This document shows, in pieces, positions 1 to 10,429 of a DNA stretch of 64,000 bases. Source of the stretch: Camelus dromedarius (lineage: Eukaryota); NCBI RefSeq assembly GCF_036321535.1, contig NC_087451.1:34286001-34350000 (forward strand), read 5' to 3'. The notes under the pieces are model-generated. The model was not told the origin of the DNA. It was given only the letters and a program-made list of their open reading frames with translations, and searched no databases. A program made the position numbers and the translations under genes. Position 1 is the stretch's first letter, and each line of letters begins with the position of its first letter.

Positions 1-647
1 GGCGTCTTTGCTGTCAGCGGTGCCTTTCCTTTTTCTCTCTGTCTACCTGGATCTTGCCTAGTCTTCTGAGCCTCGTTTGAGCCCCCTTTCCTCCATGAAG
101 CCTTCCTGGACTGCTCCAGCGCATGCTCCCTGACGGTGCCACATACGTGTCCATGTGATGGTCATTAACGCTGCTCATCAGATGTTTCCAGCTCTGCCCA
201 AGGTGCACCTGCTAAGACGGTACTTCTTCCTGGCCCCTGGCGTTGGGTGGGATCATGGGACCAGTTCTGGCCAGTAAGTTGTGAGCAGAAGGGACTTGTC
301 TCTTCAGAGCTAAGCCCTCTTTTTCAGCTTCCCAGATGAGCAACAGTATTCCAGTTGGCTGTCCTGTGAGTCCGGACCTCGTGACAGACGCGCAGCGAAA
401 ACAAAAGGCAGACCTTTGTCACTTTGAGCCGTGGGGACTTGGGGTTTTTTGTTACCTTAGCATGAGCTGTCCTGCCCTATTCTTACACACTATGTCTTTA
501 CAAATGTTGTTCCCTCTGCTTAGAATATTCCTCCTCCTTCCACTTGGCAGATCGTTATTCACCTTCCAAAGCCCTGTTGAGATGTCTCTTCCTTGCTAAC
601 AGTCTCCAGAGTAAGAAACATCCTTCTGTTTGGTCACTTCCTCTGGT

Positions 648-775
648 CACTTGACAAGCGTTTTATTGAGTGTCTGCTATATGCCAGGCTCCACCCTGGC
701 TGATGGGGGTTACCTGCCGTCAGTACAACCAAGACCCTGCCTTCCTAGAGTTTTCACAGGGAGATACTGTGTGTT
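648..775 (-). mobile_element. L2 LINE 3' end fragment
   Basis: acaagcgttttattgagtgtctgctatatgccaggc... is the reverse complement of the L2 3' terminus, followed by accctgccttcctagagttt. Confidence 0.65.
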
Positions 776-2254
776 TTGCCTCAGTCTCCTTGACTTGATA
801 GAAGTGTCGTAAGGGGAGAACTCGGACTTAGCGGTATTTCTGTTCTCAGCACCTGCCACAGAGTAGGAAATCAGTATTTGCTAGCACACGGATGTCACGC
901 CTGCCCTAGAGCGTCCCCAGCCCTGGTTCATGGCGCTCATGGGCACAATTCACGCATATTTTCATGCCTGCCGTTTTGGCCCCGCCTGGATGTGGGCCCC
1001 TTGGGAGCGTGGCTGTGTCTTCTGTTCCCGTGCCGGTCACGGGAGGCCAGACGCATTCTGGAGGCACAGGAGACGCCTGCAGAGCGATGCTTCCTCACAG
1101 GGCATGGGAGACGGGGTAGCGGCCGTCAGGAACCCACTCCAACCGCGTAATTACTTGTGCAGAAAATGGACCAGGGGATGCTGAAATTGAAGGCTTTCCA
1201 TCTCCAAATCCTGCTTGTGGTTAAGAACAGCGCGCAGTGGGCGGGAGCCCCAGAGCTACTGGTGACTCTGCGGGTCATTAGGCTGGTCCCCGGCCTTCTC
1301 TGGGCCTCGGTGTCCTCGTCTGTACAGTGGGGAGCAGACGTGGGGTCTCGGCTTGTGCTTCCTCAAAGGCGATACAGGTGGTTCCACATGGGACAACACC
1401 ATAAAGGCCACGTGGAGGAAGCTGCCTCTTTAGTGCTGTTCAGGAGCAGGGAGAGAGCAGCCATGACCCGGTCTGAGCCCTTGGACACACCGTCCTGTGG
1501 CCTGGACTCTTGGGAACATTTTTGGGAAATGGCACTGCTTCCCAGTCCCCAGGGAGAAATCTGGCAGAAGCGAGCAGGGCACACTCCCCCCGCCCCTCTG
1601 CGTGGTGCTAACACTTCAGTGGGCGCCCTAACGAGCCTGTCCCCCTCCCTAAAGCCAAGGCTGGTTACTTCTCCTCGGAGCCTGGCACTGAGCCCTGGAT
1701 GCTGTCACTGTCTCGGGGCAGACAGCTCTCCCCAACCAGCGCCAGAAGCAGCCCGTCCCACCTGGCTGGGCAGCTCTGCCCCAGACCAGGCTCCCACCCT
1801 GCAGCACGGAGAGCGTAGCCCCCATCCCTGTGACTGCAGAGAGCTGCGTGGTTCGGCCAGCCGGTTCTGTGAGAGCGTCTGCCTCTGCTCTTCCCGTTCA
1901 CAAAGTTCTCAGGCTGGGTCGGTGGGGGCCGATCGGCAGACACTTCATTCACAACTTGTTGTTGGTTAGTTTTTCTCTTCCAAGGGAGGCGGGGGTGTGG
2001 CTGCAAAATAAATCTTTGGGTTTTTTTTTTTTTCTTCTCTCCAAAGAAATCATTGTGTTGTAATGCAGGGAGAGCCCAAGCTGATGACATTTTTATGGGG
2101 CTGCCTCTAGTGAAGACTAGTGTCTGCGAGGGCCATCCAGAGGGTCGGTGGAGCGCTCGCTCTCTCCCCCCCGTTGCCATCCCCCACCCCCTTTCTCTCA
2201 CAGCAATACAACTTCGATTCAATACTTGTCTAGAATTCTCAGTGGGGCTATCTA

Positions 2255-2335
2255 GGCTCAAGGGGGGAGGGGGCGGGGGATGACATCATATCCCCGGGAG
2301 CTGATTGGCTGCTTTCAGGCTTCAGGAATGATATC
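2255..2335. promoter_or_regulatory. Promoter-like motif cluster (GC box, CRE-like, CCAAT)
   Basis: GGGGGGAGGGGGCGGGGG 2262-2279, TGACATCA 2281-2288, ATTGG 2304-2308 in sequence I do not recognise as repeat-derived. Confidence 0.35.
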
Positions 2336-4229
2336 ATCTCTGCTTCTGCCTCCCCACCCCCTTTTACTCCCAGTCCTTTCCTGGCTGGGCAAGCCCCCCT
2401 CCCCAGCACCCCACCCCAGGATGCCCCGTTGCCTTGGAGACCACAAGTTTTCAAGCTCGTTGTCTGAAGGAATGGTAATTCATTATATGTCTGACATGGG
2501 GTGGGGGGTGGTGAAGGGTGCAGGGAGGGAGACCCGGGCCTGGACGGCTGTGAGGGGTGGTTGTGGACAACAAAATAATGAACAAAAATATGTTTCACGC
2601 ATGAGAAGCTGTCAAAGATGGTAGAGAGGAAAAGGTCATGGCGAATGGCGTTTATGAAATCAAAAAATGGAGACGGAATTCTAAAAAGCAAGCAGCGACC
2701 AAAATATGGTGGAAAATAACCGCCCCCGTACCACCACCACCTCCCCCAGACAGCTCATTAGGAAGATTTTGGAGAGAGACTCACAGGCGGCCTGGGGCTG
2801 CTGTGTTATCTTTGGAGGAAAGGCCGCCCGCCTCCGTCCCCCTCTTCGAGGTGCATATGCTGAGACAACTCTCTCCTCCCACGAGCTTTGCTCAGAGAGG
2901 TTCTTGAAAAAATGAGCCAGATAAGGATCCACCCACATCCTTGGTGCTTGTGGGTGTCTGCCAGTCCCTTGGTCTGAATCCCCAGGAAGCCAAGGTGGGA
3001 GGGAAGAATCTGGTTGACACTGTGTGCTTGGGCGTGCATGTGTGTGTGTTTCAGTTATCTGTAGATTCCCTGCCTACATTGATACTACTCACCAGGAAGT
3101 ATTTTGATCCCTGATTTCCCTGGGACAGTTTAAGGACAACATACAGAGTACCCTTGGTGCCACCCTCCCTCACCTGTGCCTTCTCCACTCTAGTTTTTCC
3201 CCAAGAGAACTCCCCCTCTCTCCCCGTGTTGCTAACATGTGTCTATTTGCCATCTTCCCTTACGTCTGCTCAATGTTTGTTTTCTTGTCTGGGGCATCCT
3301 TTGGGAGTCAGGGATTCCAGGTTTGAAGTTTGGAATATGAGTAGGGCACCTGCTTCTTTTGGTCCCTGCTTTTTACTCCTCACCTCCAATGGCTGGCTCT
3401 TGGCCTTTCATAGGCTGCGTCTCGGTCCTTTAGTGGTAACCCTGGATCTATAGGCATCTGTTGAAAGGGAAATGAGTACATGGAAGGAGATGTTAAAGAT
3501 GTAACTGCTGGGTGACAAGGGGAAATATAGAGATTCATTTCAGGAACAGATTCTTCTAGGTGTGCTTGTGTGCAGAGACTGGTGAACGCTTTTCTCTCCA
3601 ACTCTAGAATATACTAGCAACTCAATAAAAGTTGGCCAGTGTTATATTCTTGTTTATGTATATGTACAGATTTTCTTTTAGCTAAAATATATTTTAGAAT
3701 ACTAGCTGGAACTGGATGAGAGCTAAAACTATATATACACACGCGCGCACACACACACATCCACACTCACAGCCACATACATATGTGGGTCTGTGTATAT
3801 GTGTATGTGATTGCGTTTCCTCATTTCTGTTTTTGAAGTTTCCAAATGTTTTGCAGTGAGTAGGTATTACAAATAAAATCAGAGGGAAAAAAGCACTGTT
3901 TTAAAAAATCGGTCATTGGGCAGGATGTTCCAAAGGGCAAATGAATATAACTTCCAAGATGAAGTAACCGGATGTCTGTCAGCTCAGAGGAGCAGAGAAA
4001 ACAGGGTATGCGTTTGTCGCTAGTGGGGTGGTGACGTGGATACCTCTGGAGTCCTGTGGCTCCTCTTCCTTTCTGCGGTGGCCTAATTTCTCCGTCTCAG
4101 AGGGAAAGCCAAATCTCCAAGTATTGGGATGGAGATGATCTTGGGCAGCCTTTTGGTCCACCCTCCTCCCATCTAAATTGGACGTTTAATGGCTCTTAAA
4201 AAGTGAATATTAATCCAAGATTTACACAA

Positions 4230-4545
4230 GCTGTCACCTCAGAATCCACATGCCCAAAACCAAAGTCATAATTTCCCCAAACTGTTTCCTACCACCCCCT
4301 GGAGTTCCTGTGTCTGCCCCCAGAATCACTATTTTTATCCAAGCTAGAAAATTTGGAGTCATTTTTGGTTAATCCCTGCATGTCACTCTCCAAGAGAGCC
4401 ACCCAGAAGAGTTTATCTTTCCTGCCAAATCCGCCATTGTATTCATTCTTCCCAACTTCCCATTGTCCTAGGAGAAGTCATTTCTTTCAAGTTCCACCTA
4501 AAAATGCTACCTCCTCCATGAAGATTTCCTTGATTACTCCTGCTG
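4230..4545 (+). mobile_element. L2 LINE fragment
   Basis: cacatgcccaaaaccaaagtcataatttcc...ccaagctagaaaatttggagtcattttt...ctacctcctccatgaagatttccttgattactcc resembles the L2 3' region. Confidence 0.65.
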
Positions 4546-4984
4546 CTACTGTTAAATATCTAAACTGAATTCCAACAGGATGCACAGACTTGAGTGGCAG
4601 CACCTGGATCATGCAGCCTTGATTTGTTTGAAGGATTAAAGTTGGTTTTTCCTCCTAAACCTCATGGCTCTAGTGACCAGAGGCTTAATAAAGTCACATC
4701 ACAAGAGCTCAGTGCAATTTACTGATTAAACAAAAAGAAGCCACTTCGTCTCTTGACAAACCATGCTGATATTTCACCCTCTTTCCTTTATAGGTATTTC
4801 CCCAAACATCTGACCCTAACACCTACCTTTTCATTTAAGCGAACTTTTCTATCTTGCATTTCCATCGAGTATAATTTCTCATATGTTCCCATCTTTGAAG
4901 ATGCAGATAAAACTTTAGCTCTAGATTATAATTTTTCTCCTAATAAATAGTTCCAAATTCTTTCAATTGATTTGAAAGGAAGGA

Positions 4985-5400
4985 GAGTCTAATGTTTAAG
5001 AATGTGAATTCTGGAGCCAGATTGCCTAAATATAGAAATGCAATACGGTAGCCACCAGCCACATGTAGCTATTTAAATTTAAATAGATTGTAGTTTTAAA
5101 AAAGTTCAAGACTCAATTCCACGGTCATACCTGAGGTTTTCAAGTGCTCCATAGCCAGTGTAGGTAGTGGCTGCCATATTGGCAAGCACAGATACAGGAC
5201 ACGTCTGTCATTGCAAAAAACGTCCTATTGGTCAGCTCCGGCCAGAGCCACATCCCAGCCCTTCCACTCACCATTTGTGTGAGCTTAAGTATTTGATTCC
5301 CTGGGCCAGTTTCCTCATAATACCTACCTCCTTGAGTTGTTTGAGGTTTAAATGAGTTCAGCACATAAAGCAGTTAGAATAGTGTCTACAGAATGTTAAC
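4985..5400 (+). mobile_element. MIR SINE interrupted by MER3
   Basis: MIR head gtttaagaatgtgaattctggagccagattgcct stops near 5030; MIR sequence resumes near 5250 (catcccagcccttccactcaccatttgtgtgagctt...ttgtttgaggtttaaatgag). Confidence 0.65.
5035..5238 (-). mobile_element. MER3 hAT-Charlie MITE
   Basis: caatacggtagccaccagccacatgtagctatttaaatttaaat...tagtggctgccatattggcaagcacag matches the recalled MER3 internal palindrome and terminus. Confidence 0.8.
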
Positions 5401-5964
5401 AGATCCATCAGAGTTAGCCACGAGGGTCTGCACTGGTCTTGCTTTCCAGCTGTGGACTCATTTCCATGACCTGACCTTTATTTAGTACATAGGCCCATCA
5501 CTTTTTTTTTTTTTTTTTTTTTTTGGTAACAGGATTCTTACTACGTCCTGCCAAGAACTCTCTTTGATCTCCCTTAAAAGATGGCATTATCTGGCCAGAA
5601 ACTATTCACAGAAGTCATCTCCTTACTGACATATACATTACTCGATAAAACCATAAGCGACCTGGGGAGGTAAGAATCATTTTATGTTGGACCCTCGTGC
5701 CTTTTAGGCTGGTCTCCCAGGCTTGGTCATCACCAAGCCACCGAAGCTCTTTTTTTCCCCCTTGAAGCTGGAACAGCAAGTGTGGAGAAAATCAGACAAC
5801 ATCTAATCAGGCTGAGCATTCTTCACTGGTGACCTAGTGAGAGGGCAAGACTACAGTGACCATTAGGCGGAATGTTTGTGTGAACTGCAATAGAAAAGTT
5901 CCTCTCAACTTTCTGAAAAGGAAGATAATCTATCTAAATAGCTTCCTGTCTCTTTGCTGCCAAG

Positions 5965-5991
5965 CAGCAGCAGCAGCAGCAGCAGCAGCAG
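5965..5991 (+). repeat. (CAG)9 trinucleotide repeat
   Basis: Nine perfect CAG units counted directly. Confidence 0.95.
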
Positions 5992-6780
5992 GGAAATAGC
6001 TTCTCCAGCGGGGAAATATTTAGCACGTTGGGTGCGCTCAGCTGCTCCCTGTTTGGAAGAGTGAATGGAACAGGGAAATGAGTGAGCCTCCGGGCGCTCC
6101 CAGATGCCCTGAAGTTTGGCAAATTGTCTCAGAGCCGGAGCTCGGAAGACGTCGAGGGTGTGTGGAGGGTGGGAAGGGGCGCGAGACAGAGATGGGGTGA
6201 CTTCGGGGGCCCCTGTTGCTCACCTCGATCAGGACCCAGAGCAATCTTTTGGCTTTGGTCCTGAGAAACTCCAGTTCATGCCTTAGCAGGAAAGGGAAGC
6301 ACAGATTGCTTCCTGCCTGCTGGGTGATTGCTTCCCAGCCCCTATGCGTGTTGCTTGGGAAGACCTTTCCCTTGCTATTAAAAACACATCTGGGGGCTTG
6401 ACTCTAAGTGGAAACTGCTACTGACTGCAGCCAGACCGCAACACAGAAGCCAGAAAAGCCCCTCTTCCATTCGCCGTGGCTCGGGTGTGGGCAAGGCAGA
6501 GCTTCCTCCGAAGTCCACCCCGTGTGTCCTCCAACCCCTACTCGTGAGATGTCTGCAGCAGCAGGGAGGCGGCTGGTTAGAGGGAACCCAGGTGTGGCCT
6601 GCGTGTGCAGTTTCTGCGGCCGCATCCCGGAGCCAGCTCCCGCCGATTTACTCGGCTCCCTGCATTCAGTTGGAAATGTCCAAGATGTGAGCTTTGGGCC
6701 CCTCCCCAAGCATCCTTTCTCCTTTTCTCTGAATGCAGGCTGCTCTAAGCCCCACCAGAAGCCTTTCTTGGGATCGAGAC

Positions 6781-7009
6781 CAGAGGTTGGCAAACTTTTC
6801 CTTAAATGGCCAGAAAGTTACCTTTTCTGGTTTTGTAGGCCAAGAGCAAAATCAAGGCTATTATGTAGGTACTTCTATAACCATTTAAAAATCTAACTAG
6901 ACATTAAAAACAAAACAAAACAAAACAAAAACGCTTCTTAGCTTGAGGACCATGCCAAAGCAGGTGGTGGGCTGGATTTGGCCTCTGGGCTATAGTTTGC
7001 TGACCCCTG
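6781..7009 (-). mobile_element. MER58-family hAT-Charlie MITE (closest to MER58C) with internal (AAAAC)n
   Basis: Termini cagaggttggcaaac and gtttgctgacccctg; internal gagcaaaatcaaggctattatgtaggtacttctataacc. Confidence 0.8.
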
Positions 7010-7294
7010 ATGTAGGGGGTCAACTGTGATGAAGAATTGCTGTTACATGGATGCCACATATTTAGAGAAGTTCCTGGGTGCCTGGATGCTGGGGACACCA
7101 CTGTCCAGCAAAACAAGACAAAGTCAAACACAGGCGGTGTCCTTAAAGGTTCGCCTTCTCATGGGGATGATCGATTTATTAAACGATCATTAAAAGACAA
7201 GATCCCGGGGGAGCTCAGAGGAACAGAGGTTCACTGAGACAAGGCTACAGGACAGCATCCAGCCCAGCTGGAATATGTGGGGGGGGGGGGGGAG

Positions 7295-7475
7295 AATGCC
7301 ATATGTGGCCATTTGGGCTCCAATTAAATTTCAATTAATTTCCATTTCAACTAATTAAAGTTAAATGCAATCAAATAATACGATTAATTGATCATCAAAA
7401 TTAGAAACAAGAATTCAGCTGCACTTGTCACGATTCAAGGGCAATGACCGCATGCAGCTAGTGGCTACCATATTG
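7295..7475 (-). mobile_element. MER3/MER33-type hAT MITE fragment
   Basis: catatgtggccattt...AT-rich core...gcatgcagctagtggctaccatattg. Confidence 0.65.
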
Positions 7476-8012
7476 AAGAAAGAGAAAGAAAGAGGAAAAG
7501 GGGCCAGAGTGAAGAGAATGCTTCCTGGTTCAGAGGATTCTCAAGCTGAGTCTTCAGGCCCTTTTAGACTGAACAGGAATCTCTGAGGCCAAGACAAAGG
7601 AGCAGAGAGGGCAGGGCATTCCAGCGGAGGGGAGAGCCTGGGCAAAGACATGGAGGTGGGAGACAGCGTGGATTCCGGGAGCAGAAATGCAAGTCGAGAA
7701 GAGCAGGGTTGCAGTGTGAGCCATGCCAGCTGTGCTCATTATTCCTGGAGGAAGAGGTCACTAGGGGACCCACAAACGTGCCAGAGACTTGGGTTCCATT
7801 ACCAAACACAACCCTGAGATGCGCTTGTGTGATTGTCTCGAACGTTACAGAAGAGTTAAGAGATGCCCAAGTCCACAGAGAGAGAAGACGGGGCTTCATG
7901 CAAATGGAAGCTGACATGTTCCTCATACTAAACCATCTTCTGTCCCTCACTAATGTCACAGAGCCACCCAGACTCTGGCTGTCCCTTTAGTGGCTCTGCT
8001 GGGGTTATGTCA

Positions 8013-8214
8013 GGAGCTGTGGCACTCCGAGCCATGAGCCACAGGTGGCTATTTCAGATTCCAATGAATTAAAGTTCAGTAACATGGAACTTTCCATTGC
8101 TCAGTCCCATGAGCCCCAGTTCAAGTGGTCAATGGTTACCTGTTGGCTACCATGTTGGACAACACAGATGAAGAACTCTCCCATCCTTGCAGGAAGTCCT
8201 ACCGGACAATACTG
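8013..8214 (-). mobile_element. MER3 hAT-Charlie MITE
   Basis: gagccacaggtggctattt...tggctaccatgttggacaacacagat...ggacaatactg, followed by the Charlie-type target atctagag. Confidence 0.8.
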
Positions 8215-8721
8215 ATCTAGAGGACATGAAATCTCTGTTCCTAGCTTGGCTTGGGAAAGCAGTTAGCCTAAAAAGAAAAAAGAAAAAGAAAGAAAAACCC
8301 AACTCTTCTTCACAAACGGGCAGTCCCTCGTGATGTGGGAACGGCAGGGCCTCTCTGAGCAGGAGAGAAGAGAAACAAAACACGGCGGAGGTGAGGACTC
8401 CGTGTTTTCCCCAATATTACTAAGCAACCGTGTCCTAAAATCTCCAGAGCCAGCGACAGAACTTTGTTTACCAGGAAGAAAACACTTGAAAAGGAGAATA
8501 TTTGGCGGAAATGCACTTGGGATTAGCAGAGGTTTTTTTTTTTTTTTTCTTTCTTTCTTTCATTTTTTTCTTTTTTCTTTTCTTCTTTTTTTTTTCCCTC
8601 CCCTTTAATACTGTTTTGTTTCTCTTCTGGGTTGTTCAAGGTACTGACCTAGCACTCAGCCCTCTATGCCAAGAAACTCTTTCCTGCCTAATTAGCCTGT
8701 GGTATTGTTTGGGGCTCTGAG

Positions 8722-8890
8722 AAGGGAGGGGAGGGGGCGAGGCAGGGGGAGGAGGGCAGGGCTGGGCAGGACCAATGGGAGCTGCCCTGAGCCGGAGGGA
8801 GGCGGGGGTGCTGGGCTGGTCATTAGATGCTGAAGTCCTGAAAAATCCGTCTGTAATTAATTTTCTCCTGCATTAATTAGAGAAATGTTG
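8722..8890. promoter_or_regulatory. Promoter/enhancer-like cluster with G-quadruplex motif
   Basis: Seven G3+ runs 8724-8766, CCAAT 8772-8776, GGGAGGCGGGGG GC box, two TAATTA homeodomain cores. Confidence 0.35.
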
Positions 8891-10429
8891 GAGCGAGTGG
8901 AAGAGGGAGGGGTTTGTTGCCCCTGGGCCCCTTTTCAGGGCGACTTAAGGGAAAGATGGTAATCTGTCGGAGAGCTGGCCGTGGCCAGGGTTTTTAGGAG
9001 GCTCTGCTGCCTGTGGGAGGAGAAACCAGTTTAAACCAGGGGTTACAGAGAGGCATGGGCTTTATTTTAACTTGGGCTGGAGAATGGAACATGCCTCTTC
9101 AGAAGTTCGGAGCCTGTGTGTGTGTGTGTGTGTGTCTGTACACATACACATATCACTGCTTCTCAAGCATTTGCCCATGGATTCTGAATACACACAAATT
9201 TAGCAGAATTATCTGTGAAGAACTCCATTTCCCTCCTCTCTCCCTTGCTCCCAATCTCACAACACCTGGTCCCACTCACATAGAAATTAGAGCATCTTTT
9301 GCTTGTATCCCACAGATGATTCTATTTTAGACTGAACAGAAGACACGATCATTTCCCTCGTGCTTTCTCTCTATTTTCAAGCATCAACTCTGATTACTCT
9401 CTTATGAGTGAGTTTCTAGCCCCATGGAAAAGAAAGCCCTGAGAAGATTCTAATAAAAGCTTCTGGAATCTCCCAGCCCACAGATTTTTCTATTCCGAGT
9501 CCCGATGTGTTGAAACTGACATTTGGGGGGCAGGGAGCCAGCACGCTTCTAGAACTTAAGGCCAATTCTCTGGTTTTGTTAGCTGCTTTTTATGGAAATT
9601 TGAATTGAGCCCAGCTTCTTCTAGACTCTGGTCCCATATGGATTTTATTAATTCGACCATCGGTTTAATAGTTCTGTCTGAGCTGATGGGCCACATCCAA
9701 AAAGGAGTAATCCTGTGTCTTCAAGCCTGTCCCTAAGGCCAACACCTTGGGTTAATAATTCAATGACATTCTCCCAAAGAGGGGTGGGCGAAGCCAGCTT
9801 GTTTCAGTCTGCTACTATTTTCAAAGTGGTCAGATCAGTGAATCCGAGGTAAAGATTTAAGCTTGGGGCTCCAAGGAAGGAGTTCTCTTTACTGACTGCT
9901 AACTGGAATTAATAGCTCTCCAATAGAATGAGGTGTTGTGGGATGGATGGGTCGGTTAATAGAAGAGAAGCTGATGGCCCGAGAGGGTGAAGTTCTATGG
10001 CTGCATCTCTTTCTCTTTTAGCTAAGTCCAAGCAAATGGACCATGGCTCCCAGACTTCCCGCCTGCAGTTATTAACGCCCACTGAATGCACTGCTTCCTT
10101 GAACCTTTCAGGCTGTGCATTTCTTTGGTAGCACGAAGACTTTGAGGATTCCCACCACCACCACCACCCCCGCTCCATTCCCTGGCCACCATCCACAAGT
10201 CTTCCAGTGGCTGGAAGAATCTTTGGCCCGTTCTACTGGAGCCACGTGACTCACTTCTCCTGAGGGAAGGATCAGAGGAGAGGTCAACAAAATAAATGAG
10301 AAGAGTGGAGGGGTGGGTGCGGGTTCTCAGCAGGAAGTGGGGTTGGGAGTAAGGGCGATAAGATGGAATCTCCCGGAAGTTATCAGCGCCCCTGGGAAGA
10401 TATCCATGCCCTGTCTCTTCCCCGGCCCA

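Noticed and set aside
1157-1969. Longest ORF in the window (270 aa) with an overlapping 198-aa antisense ORF
   Set aside because: No recognisable domain; composition (Ser/Pro/Ala/Leu/Arg-rich) is typical of chance ORFs in GC-rich DNA; it starts at TTG and both strands are open.
7709-7990. 93-aa ORF that reads somewhat protein-like
   Set aside because: No family match that I recognise, non-ATG start and no convincing flanking splice sites.
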